Of a DNA stretch of 64,000 nt, positions 25,925-37,557 are shown one piece after another. The notes under the pieces were generated by a model that was not told where the DNA came from, ran no database searches, and saw nothing but the letters and a program-made list of their open reading frames with translations. The translations under genes were made by a program, and so were the position numbers. Source of the DNA: Klebsormidium nitens. Its lineage: Eukaryota; Plantae; Klebsormidiophyceae. The stretch is taken from assembly GCA_000708835.1 (NCBI GenBank), contig DF236973.1, positions 170,699 through 234,698 of the forward strand, read 5' to 3'. The first letter of the stretch is position 1; each line of letters opens with the position of its first letter.

Positions 25925-27208
25925 CGGGTTCATCCTAAAATGTCTCTCTTTGGCGCTTATTTTGATGCCCTAACAGACTGGATCTCAAAAAAATCCCAGC
26001 GAGTCCCTGACCTGAAATTTTCATGATGCTGCCCCAATCATTCCATTGCGCGTGTCAATCAAACTGACTGAGACCCATGGAAATTTGCATGCGAAGATTC
26101 GCTTGATGGTCGTCTCTCGATGTCATGATACCTAACCCTGGCAATGCATGTAAAGAGCCGTGCCTTGATGCCCGGACGCCTTTCGAGGAACAAGGTAAGT
26201 TAAGTCTCCAGTATCACTGGAGCCAATTATATTCCCAAAGATCATAGATGCTGCGCAATCGTCAGATCATATGGCGCACTGGGTTTCAATCGACGTACCA
26301 TGCAAGCATGGCTCAACGGCCAGCCAGGTATTCGACTTGTGCTCCCCAGCAAGGATGATACAGTGCCGTGAAGACTGATCGATCTTGAATCCGGAGTCGA
26401 CGCGAGCTTCCATCCCACAGCTCGGATGCATGTTTGACTGCACGAGCTCAGCTAACCAATGCTGATTGCCGCGCCAATTTTGAAACCGTGGGCGTACTCT
26501 GGCGCAGCTAGTAGCTAGCTTTCAAACAAATGCCGCGTCGCTCAACTAACGTGGATCTCCACTGAGGCTCGTAGTAGAATGCATGACTCATTTTTGGCAG
26601 GGAGCTATCGCCATACACCGGTCCCTCGACCGTCAAGCTCACTTTCACCATCCTATTATCGCTACAATCAAGCATGGGCAGGATCAATTCCTGCAACGAT
26701 CATTCCTGCAACAGCATATGATTCAAGACTTACGTTAATATGCATGTACACATTTCGTCCTATCCTGCCTGTCAGATTCATCTTCCTGCTGCCTGATTGT
26801 CAGCATTCCCTCCACAATAACGTAACGGTCGGGTTCCTTACGTAGTATAGAGGTCTATCAGTATTGGGCCTGCGAATTTCTAGCTGCCCCTTCTCGAGTC
26901 CGAACAAGTCAATCTTCTTCAGTCTGGACATCAAGACATGATCTCTAACAGAAACTAAGTCAAGGACAGCCTACAGGACAATCCCTGACTACGTCGATCT
27001 CTCGATCCTCCTTTGAGCTACAGTAGGTAGGATAACTCCTAGATACGGTAGCATAAGAGCGATCCCCAGGGTAAATCAACACTAGAAACCTTATCCAGTA
27101 ACTTACATGCTTTAAACCCCTACCCACCCTAACCTCCCACCCTAACCCCACCCGTTCCTTGGGCCCTGACCTTATCCTACCTAGCTGTAACCTAACCTGA
27201 GCTAGTAC

Positions 27209-27604
27209 TTATGGTTTTTTGCCAAGGGTCGGAGGCGTTACAAAGATGCCGGTCGCCGAGCTCACAAAGTTGCCCACCAGGCTCAGCAGTGCGCCGGCCA
27301 GCACAATCGCGGCCCGGTCCTTCTCCGCCGCATAACCCGCCACTAACCCGAGCGCTGACCCAGCCATACCCACGATCGTGAGAAAGGCGGTCACGATCAG
27401 AACCTTGTGGGTGGCAACCTGATCCCAGAACGGTGGTTTGTTGGCGCCAATGACGCTGTCTATACGCGCCCTCGCTGCCTGCAGCCGGATTACTGCTTCC
27501 TTATTTGTCTTGTTGTTGGACGTGATTGTTGTAACATCGGCTGCAGCTGCTTCGAGGTCCTTCTCTGTGAACGGGCCTTTCTCGTCTACACCTGGCGCGG
27601 CCAT
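27209..27604 (-). CDS. Small protein with two C-terminal transmembrane helices (131 aa), function unknown
   Basis: ORF with GC-rich codons and two hydrophobic helices (VLIVTAFLTIVGMAGSALGLVAGY; AIVLAGALLSLVGNFVSSATGIFV). An acceptor-like ttctgcag lies about 30 nt upstream of the ATG, so the N-terminus may be extended or there may be a 5'UTR intron. Confidence 0.65.
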   Translation of the reverse strand: MAAPGVDEKGPFTEKDLEAAAADVTTITSNNKTNKEAVIRLQAARARIDSVIGANKPPFWDQVATHKVLIVTAFLTIVGMAGSALGLVAGYAAEKDRAAIVLAGALLSLVGNFVSSATGIFVTPPTLGKKP

Positions 27605-29740
27605 GCCTGAGACGAGCCTGCGTGTCGCGAATCCTGCAGAAATAGCAAGAGTCCGGTTTTCGATTCTCAGATCATTCGGACAAAACCAAAATTATGTTCC
27701 TTGAAGAAGAGCAGCCTCTGGCTTTGGCATCCATTCGTCTTGGCATTCAAGGCAGGCCTCAGGCTGAGACTTGACAGTGAAGACAGAGAGAACTTAGGAC
27801 AGAAACCTGAGGGTTTTAATAATGAAAGCCACACAAACAGCTGAGCTGCCACGCTACAATTCCTGTCAGTCCAGCATGTTGACCAAGTTGCTTAGGCCAG
27901 TTAGTGAGCTCAGGGCTGTGAAAGGTCTTGCTGCTGCCAGTTCTTTTAAGTCTTGGTAGGCTTGCAATTGGCTGTGTAGGAGCCAGCAAGGGGGGCAATC
28001 TAGCATCACAGCAAAGCATATGCTGCATGGCTCGAGGCGCAGGTGATGTCAGCCTCACGGAGAAGTGGGCACCGGGCAGGAAAGTTCTTTGGTCGGGAAT
28101 TGTGCTTGTCCTGTTTAGAGACGACAGCCTCTCTTGCTTCTTGCTCCTTCCATCTAAATCTGTTTGCCAGCTTTGTGACCATGCAAGCACCCACTTCTTA
28201 GGCAGCTTGTAGATCATTATGCATCTATGCTCATCAAGGATTTCCAGCGCGCCACATCAAGCTTTCTGTTTTGTGCACCTCTAGACCAGTTGTAAAACAC
28301 GTGTCTTACTTCAAAAGTATTAAAGACTGAGATGCTATCACCAGAATCCATTAAACCCACTGCCTTCAAGAAGCCTACTTATTGCCCGCTACCAAATCTC
28401 AATATGACAGCAAGCCCTGCCGTTTGTGTCTCCAGGTTTGCTCAACAAGCTGAGTGACCAGACCTTGAAAAGACCTTTCAGAAGAGAGAAAAAAAGAGAC
28501 CTCTTGATGCCGAAATTGCTCGTTTGTTGCAGGGACAGAAGCTCCTTGGCTCTGAACAACGAGCAGAGGCTTAACTTCTTGCAAGATTCCAAGCACTGCA
28601 GCTGGGTCTGCTAAAGGAGGGTAACAAAAGGGCTTATTATCTTGAGCACCTCTTGCAGCCAAGGGTCTTTGTAGGCCTATGCTGAGTTGGCACATCCATC
28701 ACATTTTGTGACTGTCCCTCTAGTGTCTCGTGGGCGCTGAAGAATGGTTGAAAGAGGCGGTGAGAACAGTAAGAATCCCTGCAAAGAGAAGTTCTTGAAA
28801 GAAAGAAATTGGCTTTGGGTCTAGATTCTCACCTTGCAATGCTCACGAGCTAGCTTGTCCACGCCACGCCACTTGATTCACGCCGGGGAACTCGTGAAAC
28901 GCTCTTTCACGGCCTACTATATAACCAATGGGTTTTCTTGAGGAGCCCCTAATCAGGCCTTTCCAAACCTGCGCTGCCGGCTTGGAAGCGAGCTGGGACT
29001 GGATAGAGGAAGATGGACACCTCAATGTTGGGGGTCAGAAGTGGATGAGCGTCGGACTTGCAGCTGAGATTTGAGAAAGTGGCGTGCTTCTCTGCAGATT
29101 TGAATGCGAGAAAGTTCAGGCCGGTGTTTTCTTGAAAGGGTGAGACTTTGGACTAGGTCGGTACAGCCAGCTTTGCTGGAGAAGGGAAGCCTTTGAATGG
29201 GAGCATTTGTCGATCCAGCGTAAGTGCACCTTGAAGTGGTCCGAAGCTAGGGCCATGAAACAGGTATAATGCACGCTGGAAGCTCCCTCGCATAGGTACA
29301 ATGACAAATGCGGAACTTGGAAGGAGCGCCGATCTTGCAAGATGCGGCCCGCGAGGTTTTCGTAACAAGCCTGCAGCAGGTGTTATACCGCATTTAATGC
29401 TCGCAGTGTGTGTACAGCACTCCCCCTACCGTGGTGAAGGTGCATTATGCACCATAAATAGTGGCAACTTCGGGGCGCTCTCGGCCGCCGGGATCTTCAG
29501 AGTCCGGCCGTACTAACGTGACGCTCGTGGCTGGCACCACTGGCTGCAGGATACATGTAAACTCATCGGACGGCTCTTAACAAAAAGCGGACTTCTGTTG
29601 CAGTAAACATTAGGACCATCCTACCGTCGATGCGAAAGCAACCGACAGATGCGAATGCTGGTTAAGGGACAAACTAGATATGGCGAACGCCCACGAATAC
29701 CTCATGACCTTTGAAAATTGATGTAATAGTTTAATATTAA

Positions 29741-30781
29741 GGTCGAACTTCCCTTCGGTCCGGTCCGCGCGGGCGCGCTANNNNNNNNNNNNNNNNNNNN
29801 NNNNNNNNNNNNNNNNNNNNNNNNNNNNNNNNNNNNNNNNNNNNNNNNNNNNNNNNNNNNNNNNNNNNNNNNNNNNNNNNNNNNNNNNNNNNNNNNNNNN
29901 NNNNNNNNNNNNNNNNNNNNNNNNNNNNNNNNNNNNNNNNNNNNNNNNNNNNNNNNNNNNNNNNNNNNNNNNNNNNNNNNNNNNNNNNNNNNNNNNNNNN
30001 NNNNNNNNNNNNNNNNNNNNNNNNNNNNNNNNNNNNNNNNNNNNNNNNNNNNNNNNNNNNNNNNNNNNNNNNNNNNNNNNNNNNNNNNNNNNNNNNNNNN
30101 NNNNNNNNNNNNNNNNNNNNNNNNNNNNNNNNNNNNNNNNNNNNNNNNNNNNNNNNNNNNNNNNNNNNNNNNNNNNNNNNNNNNNNNNNNNNNNNNNNNN
30201 NNNNNNNNNNNNNNNNNNNNNNNNNNNNNNNNNNNNNNNNNNNNNNNNNNNNNNNNNNNNNNNNNNNNNNNNNNNNNNNNNNNNNNNNNNNNNNNNNNNN
30301 NNNNNNNNNNNNNNNNNNNNNNNNNNNNNNNNNNNNNNNNNNNNNNNNNNNNNNNNNNNNNNNNNNNNNNNNNNNNNNNNNNNNNNNNNNNNNNNNNNNN
30401 NNNNNNNNNNNNNNNNNNNNNNNNNNNNNNNNNNNNNNNNNNNNNNNNNNNNNNNNNNNNNNNNNNNNNNNNNNNNNNNNNNNNNNNNNNNNNNNNNNNN
30501 NNNNNNNNNNNNNNNNNNNNNNNNNNNNNNNNNNNNNNNNNNNNNNNNNNNNNNNNNNNNNNNNNNNNNNNNNNNNNNNNNNNNNNNNNNNNNNNNNNNN
30601 NNNNNNNNNNNNNNNNNNNNNNNNNNNNNNNNNNNNNNNNNNNNNNNNNNNNNNNNNNNNNNNNNNNNNNNNNNNNNNNNNNNNNNNNNNNNNNNNNNNN
30701 NNNNNNNNNNNNNNNNNNNNNNNNNNNNNNNNNNNNNNNNNNNNAGCGCGCGCGCGCGGACCGAATTAGGGACGTTCGACC
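29741..30781. mobile_element. Putative non-autonomous DNA transposon or foldback element with ~38-40 bp imperfect TIRs and a TTAA (or TA) target-site duplication; interior unsequenced
   Basis: Left end GGTCGAACTTCCCTTCGGTCCGGTCCGCGCGGGCGCGCT. Reverse complement of right end GGTCGAACGTCCCTAATTCGGTCCGCGCGCGCGCGCT. TTAA at 29737-29740 and 30782-30785. Length depends on the estimated gap size. Confidence 0.65.
29781..30744. other. Assembly gap (N run)
   Basis: Continuous run of n bases. Confidence 1.
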
Positions 30782-31019
30782 TTAATAATATGGTGCTGGG
30801 CAGAACTAATAGTTGGCTTGCGAATGCAACTGATGTGCTTTCTTGTATGCTTTCTGCCATGCCCTGCAGATGCTTGAAACTTCCTGAGAAAAGGATTTTG
30901 CCACCAAAAGAGCCACCAAAAGATGCGAGGGGTGTAAAGCATGACAAAGAAAGCGGTTCGCATGCGAGTAATGTGATCCCCCACATATGAAACTTAGAAA
31001 GGAGCTCAAGCCCTCAGCC

Positions 31020-34000
31020 ATGGACCCTGCCTCAGGAGCGGACACGGCCAGGCTGCTGGAAGAGCAGGATTCAGAATCAAATGCTCATCTGACGTCTTCT
31101 GACGGCGTCCAGTCGTCGCGTGAGACCAATGAAGGTGCTCCACTCCGTAGCCCTGCGGATAAGCAATGGAGCCCTTATAAGCGGGACTTGCACATGCTGA
31201 GCTTCTCGTTCTTGCTGGTCTTCTCTGCATTCGGAGCGACGCAGAACCTGGAGAGCAGCCTCAATACGGTAGGTGATGGGTTGGTTTAAGAATCATTCTG
31301 AAAGGGACAATTGCGTGCAGTTGACTTGCTCCTTCTGCTCGGATGCCCTCTAATTTGGTTCTTCACAAAAGCCCGATCGTGCGCATCTTGCCCTCAAACA
31401 TCCTGTCTTTTCATCATTGGTATTGTATCATTGCGAAGCTGATTGCGTTGAGAGGGTGCAAAGCAACGACCGTTGCTTTGCACCCTCTCAACGCAATCAG
31501 GTTGAGGTGCCTGATGTCTTCAGAAATCATAGAATCAATCGTCAGTTTTAAGGCTACGATTTGATGCTGCTGTGTAAGTAAGTTTTTTTGGAACCAAGTA
31601 TAGTACTTTCCAGAACCATTTGAACATCTTGAGGCGTTGCAATTCACTGCAGGTTGTTTGAAAGGCGTCAATGTCTACTCCTGACCACTCTGCCCTACGC
31701 AGGGGCACATAAAATTGCTGAGGGCTTCTTGATGTGTGCAAGCTAATTGGAAAACGTGTTCACCACTGTTTCCTTGATCTTCTCCCTCCCTCGCTCCGTC
31801 AGCTTCCGGTTGACTCCATTGAAAAATATATTGTTGCTATTCTAGCGTGAAACTTCTCTCACCACCTAAGTAGAGCCGTTGTAGATCAAGCATCACAATC
31901 AAGGTCGCTCTGAAGCCCCGATCAGAGGTTTCCGCGCTTTCACCATAATGGAAACCAGTATCCTTCGAAAGCCCCACACGCACAAGGCGAAGCTTAATGC
32001 TGGTTGCAATGTAGCTTTTAGAGCAACGAAGTATAACTTGGATGCTTATGGCCTACGCTTCTTCTCCTCAGGACCAAGGCTTATAGAAGCTACAAGCTAT
32101 AGCATATGAGAAAGCTTGATATCCTATACTTCTTCTCCTCAGGACCAAGGCCTGGGCCCCATCTCCATGGGTGTGCTCTACTGCTTCCTCACAGTGTGTT
32201 CCTTTCTGGCGCCCCTCTTTGTCCACTGGCTAGGAGCAAAGAACGCTCTTCTCCTGGGGCTGACCGGCTACTGGGCTTTTGTGGCTGCCAATCTGGTCCC
32301 AACATGGTGAGGGTTTTACGAGTTTTGTCGATCTAGGGGACTGGAGGGTTCTTGCTTCTGTGCTTGTTACTTTCTGGACTGTCGCTGCCGCTAATCAGAT
32401 CAAGATGTTGACTTGGCTTGCCGGATTAGGTGGTCAGAAGCTGAAATATCACAGAAGGGGGCTTAAATTCCAGTTATAGGTACTACGATCATTCAGCACA
32501 TTGCACTGGTCCATTTCACATTCTTCGCCCACCCCGCGCAACCCCGGAAACCTTACTTTGTTTGGATTATGAACAAGTTGCCTGATAAGGAACCGAATCT
32601 TTAGAAAGTTGCACGTGTGCTTACCAGGTTGATAGGATCAAGAAGCGCTGACTTCGCTTATGCTCGCTTCCCTCCTAGGTTCACTTTGGTCCCTGCATCT
32701 GCGTACCTAGGCTTCACTGCGTCCATTCTCTGGGTGGCTGAGGTGAGGATTCAGATGCCCTCATAAGGCTTGCGCTTGCACGTGGAGAAGAGCAGGTAAT
32801 GTCGGTCTTGGCTTGGAAAGACCTGTCGATGCCCTTTGCTAAGATTGTGAACAACACGCACGCCGGGCGAATGGTCCACCTCGATACATCTGATCATGTT
32901 CAGTTGCTGCTTTAGACTTTCATTTTACGCCAGACTCTTTTCGATGCGCCATTCCATCAACGTTGCTGAAACGAGATCTCCTGTGTTTCTCGCCCTCAGA
33001 AGTGTCTCGCAGAAAAGCACGAATGATTCTCGCAGGAAGGAGCTGTCTTATGATAGGATAACGATGGGACTGTGCAGCGGTTCAGTCATTAGGTGCTAGC
33101 CGTACAAAATAGGCAAGTGACCTTCGAGGGTTTTCCTACAGGGAACGTACTTGACATCCGCAGCGCGCGCCCATTCTGCTTCGTGCGGCAGCCCGGAGGA
33201 ATCCACGATAGGCGAGTTCAACGGAGTGTTCTGGGCAGTCTTCGCAAGTAATCAGGTGCGTACATTTGTGGTGCAAAAGCTCCAAATTTTGAGAAATGCT
33301 GATTGAGATGCAGTGGTCTTGTTGAAGAACGAAGTCGTACAAAAATCTGGTCGGTGTCGTTCGAAGTTCCCTATTCCTGAATAAGCTGCTATCCGGCAAC
33401 AGCGGCTGACGAAGTGGGTAAGCCTGTCGAGAATACCTTCCGAGTACTCAGGCAAAGTCACGAAAGTCACTATAATGTTGAAAGAAGCTGCAAGAGCAGT
33501 CTCATCCTCTTCGTTCTGGAGTCCTCATGCTGGTCTATGAGACAACACGTTTCTTTCCTACCAACTACGCCGCTGGATCCGACCCGTTATGACACTGTCC
33601 TATCACTGGAAGTCCATCCGGGTGGAAATGGCAACCTTGACCCCCTTTCGTGCCTGCTTTTCAATGTCGGCAACGATGAGTCGGCCGAAGGGGACGTGTT
33701 GCATCGAGCCAGAAGAGGAAGTCGATTTAGAAATCTGACCATTTCGTTCTACTCCTTTCAGGTTGTGGGTAATCTGCTGGCTCTGTTCCTCCTTCGAAAC
33801 GGTCGGGTGAGACCGCCTTCCTCTGTGAACTTGGGGCTATACCCCGGCACTTCGCAAGGTTCTCGGCTCTGCTCTCTCGAGGTGTTTTCCATTTATCAAG
33901 GCGTCCCTTCCGCAAAGCACCGGGCAAATACCCGGGCAATGTTATCGCGTCGCTCTGAAAGCAGACGACTCATTCCAAGACGTTTCAACAGGAAGGTATC

Positions 34001-37000
34001 TATCCCTTTCGGCCTCGCAACACCCGCAGATCGTCGTTTCGGCCAAGTTCAGGACGTAGGTGGCTGTTCATCCTCGAGCAACACGATTGCAAACTTGCTC
34101 AACCAACCTTCGTCATTCGCACGACCTGCTTATCCTGCGTACACGGTCTAGATACGTCCGCGTAGCCTGGCATTGCGTACTGACTCTTGCCCATAGGCTA
34201 TGGACTTTTCCCCACAGATCGTATCCCCTTTTCGCAGTCCGACCCCGCGCATCCCGGCCACGTCGACAAGTTCGCCACGACTCTCCTTTTCGCCGTCTTC
34301 CTCGCTTGCATGTCCGCCAGAACCGTCGGGGCGTGTTTTCCGGCTATAGCTTATGGCTACTGCTCATACCCCATCGACTTCTAACAAATTCTTCTCGCCC
34401 CTCCGGCAGTCCGACCCCGCGCATCCTGGCCACGTCGACAAGTTCGCCACGACTCTCCTCTTCGCCGTCTTCCTCGCCTGCATGTCCGTTGGGACCGTTG
34501 CGGCGTGCTTCCTGCGCCCCGAAGCCAAGGGGGCACGTGATCTGGGAGCGGATGATCCCCCCGTGAGCATCCGGTCGAATCTACGGTCCACGATGGCCCT
34601 GCTGGGCGATCGACGGCTGCTGCTCCTCCTGGCGTTGATGGTGTACTCGGGGCTGCAGCAGGCGTTCATTTGGTGAGTTGCGGATGCGCTAATGCTTCGG
34701 GACGCGCAGGCTGTGATCATCGCTGGTTTTCTGTCTTCAGACATTTGAGGGATGTATTACATTTCTGCTGACCGAGCATGGCTTTGGATAGACCTTTTGT
34801 GGCGAGCATGAAGCGGTAGGGATTGCTGCCTGAGTCTCTTTGTTAACTCTTAGGATTTACCGATTACTAATCCAGTGCAAGTATGCTCCACGGTTTGCTT
34901 GACATCGAATCCGTGAGGCTGGACGGTCTCTCTCGGGACAGGCCTTGGTATTCCTTTAAAATTGCATTCCTCCGCTCCTCGAATGATCAGTGAGAGGTGG
35001 GTGAATGGCGGAAGCAGGGCAAGCCAAAATTTGCGCATGCTAAAAGTGCGCAGCGCGAGATTCCACATTACAGAGTGTTCTTCCAGTCGGTCAAGATCGT
35101 CGTACTCGTCGAACCTGTGTGGGAGAATGGTCAACACTTATTCGACGAGTTCGACAACCCTTACAATTCTTCAGTCGCATACTAAGCGGCCTTTCGTATC
35201 CTCTTCGTGTTGCCTTTGCATTGATTGCACTCAACCTCGGTCGGGCAGGTCCTATCCTTCCTCGCGCCACATTCCTTTGTGACGAAACAGGCCGTTGCTT
35301 TTCGTGTTAGTAAAAGCCCGCGCTCTTTCTGAGATCCAAGCAAGCGACTTGAGTCCTATCCTACCATATCTTCTGCTTGGGACGCTGATTGTTGATCGTG
35401 CCGCACGATTCTACAGGTCCGACTTCACGAAAGACGTTGTAACCCCGGCACTCGGGGTCTCCTGGGTCGGGGGCGTCATGGCCGTCTTCGGAGCGTCAGA
35501 TGCGCTGGTGACAGCATCTTTGCGCATCTCTTGGAACTGGGATTCTTCTTTTGCGGACACACAGTTTTATTAGCGTGGGAGAGTTGAGATGGAGTCTGGA
35601 AAGTTGGGGGTGGTTACAGTTTGGAGCACGAAAGTTGGATTACTAGGATTTAGAATTCTTGCTGCAGCCCCATGTATCTTGAGCTGATCTGTCGAGAAGC
35701 GTCGTCTGCGTTGTCTCTTTGGCTCGTCTTTCCTCAGAGTAAGACCTTTTCTCTCCGTGTGAGCCCGGTTCTTGAGCATCCCTGGCCGCGTCAACAATTT
35801 TTCTCTTGACTTGCACTTCCTTTTTGGTAGAACTAGGTGGTGTCTGCTTGGCTTGCCGCGTCTGCTGTTCATCAGTGACGCTTTGCCCGCTCGCACCCTT
35901 CTTCACAGCGTCTTCGTAAGAGTTGCTCGGGACGCTCGTTCTGAGCACGCAGGCTTCGATATCCATAATCTAGACATCACAGCTTATTACACCTCTCCGC
36001 TGGGCTGGGTTCGCCCAAAAGGAATGGGCCTCTACGTCGTCAATTTCGCCGCTCTATTTCAGGAGCTTCTAGAATTCTAAGTTCTCTAAGTTTTCGTCCT
36101 CTCGCAGGCCTCCTATTTCGCCGGTAAGCTCTCCTCCGGCATGCACTCCATCACGTTTCTCGTGTCAGGGGGTGCCGCGGCGCAGCTCCTCGTGCTCATC
36201 GCGCTGCTCGTCAAGTCCAGGTGAGCGCTTCCCGCCGCCTCTAGTTGCAGCTTGGCATGTCGCTTCCTACCCCCGAAACGCTGCGGGATCTTTCGCGGCA
36301 GCTCGTAGACCCCGTTAGAAAAGCGAGGTGTTTCCAAGTTAGTACGATTTGTTGTTTGGAAGAGGGAGAAGTCCCAGTGCTGCGATTCAGAATGTCGCCC
36401 AAAATTTTCTCGAAAAGTAAAGCTCATGTTGCCTCAGAGCATCATGTTGAGTGAGACCACCGGTCCTTTTCTTTTGCTTACGAAAACGCGTTTTACCTTC
36501 TCTTCTACACCCTTGGATACTATTGCGAATGGCAATCACTCTCAACGGGAAGAACCGTCTAAATCTGCGGAAAGCAGATTATCGTCGCCTGGTTTGGCGG
36601 ATGAACCTCGTAGCCTTTAGCATTTACCATTCGGGCCTGCCGAAATGTTTCAAGGTTCCTTGATTGATTACTTCGCAACGGAAACAACAAAGTGGACTTG
36701 CTCATACGCTTACTTGTTTTCCTCCCAGCTTTGGATCGTCAAGTACGGACTACGCTTCGTTATTCACGGCGGCTTTCCTGTGGGGTTTGGGGGACGCCGT
36801 CTTCAACACGCAGATCAGCGCAATCCTAGGGATCTGCTTTCCGGATGACACGGTGAGAATTCATGACATTCCTCTTATGATCCCATCTGAAATTACTTGT
36901 GAGTGGAGAAAGTGACCTTTTGTGCACACTTTTCCGAATGCGTCTTAGCTCAGCTTTCATTTGCAAACGGACTGCTGCGCCCACATAATCTGCTGGCAGC

Positions 37001-37557
37001 TGCGATTCATGAAGTGATGCATTGGATGGGACGACTGAGCGCCTACGATTCCGAAGTTGGTTGGCTCGCTGTGACCTCTTTCGGAACCGAACCCCATTTT
37101 CCGGCTCTTCAACCACGACATTGTGGAGTCTCGAGCAGACCTCTCCGTGCTCACTATGCGAACCCGAATGGCCGAGTGAGCTCTTTTCAGAGTGAATTTT
37201 GGCTTGCGCCCATTCGCAGTCACGAAGACTGTGCATTCTATCCGAACCAGGTTGCTGTTTCACTTTTCCTTTCTCCAAAGACCACTTTGACTGCACACCA
37301 ATCCCCCACCGTGGCGATGACACGTGGTCGATGGTTTTCAACTGATGTTCTTATAATCGTTCTTCGAGCAGGCATCCGGTTTTGCGCAGTGGAAGATCTG
37401 GCAGAGTGCTGCTACGTCAGCCGCATGTTTTGCGACGCCATATCTTGGCATTGGAACAAAGCTGTGCATATTAGCAGGTGTGTTAACAGTAGGTATGGGA
37501 GGGTTTTTGCTAGTCACTTTGTCAACGAGAAGACTTGCAGTACCCAAAGAGAGGTAA
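31020..37557 (+). CDS. UNC93-like MFS membrane protein (plant UNC93-like 3 type), about 10 exons
   Basis: Exons: 31020-31268 (YKRDLHMLSFSFLLVFSAFGATQNLESSLN), 32143-32306 (DQGLGPISMGVLY...GLTGYWAFVAAN), 32679-32742, 33142-33255 (GTYLTS...GEFNGVFW), 33762-33806, 34410-34672 (...YSGLQQAFIW), ~35417-35512 (FTKDVVTPALG), ~36108-36218, ~36730-36851 (LWGLGDAVFNTQISAILG) and ~37371-37557 (FAQWKIWQS...*). Confidence 0.93.
31439..31500. repeat. Perfect 30-bp inverted repeat with a 2-nt spacer in UNC93 intron 1
   Basis: ctgattgcgttgagagggtgcaaagcaacg (31439-31468), then ac, then cgttgctttgcaccctctcaacgcaatcag (31471-31500), the exact reverse complement. Confidence 0.97.

Noticed and set aside
27700-29700. 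Possible exons or TE relic upstream of the 2-TM gene
   Set aside because: Short ORFs on both strands with no recognisable motif and no consistent splice chain.
29778-30986. 402-aa ORF in the track
   Set aside because: Artefact of translating the N gap; about 320 residues are X.
33414-34151. 245-aa ORF
   Set aside because: Mostly UNC93 intron in frame with one 15-codon exon.
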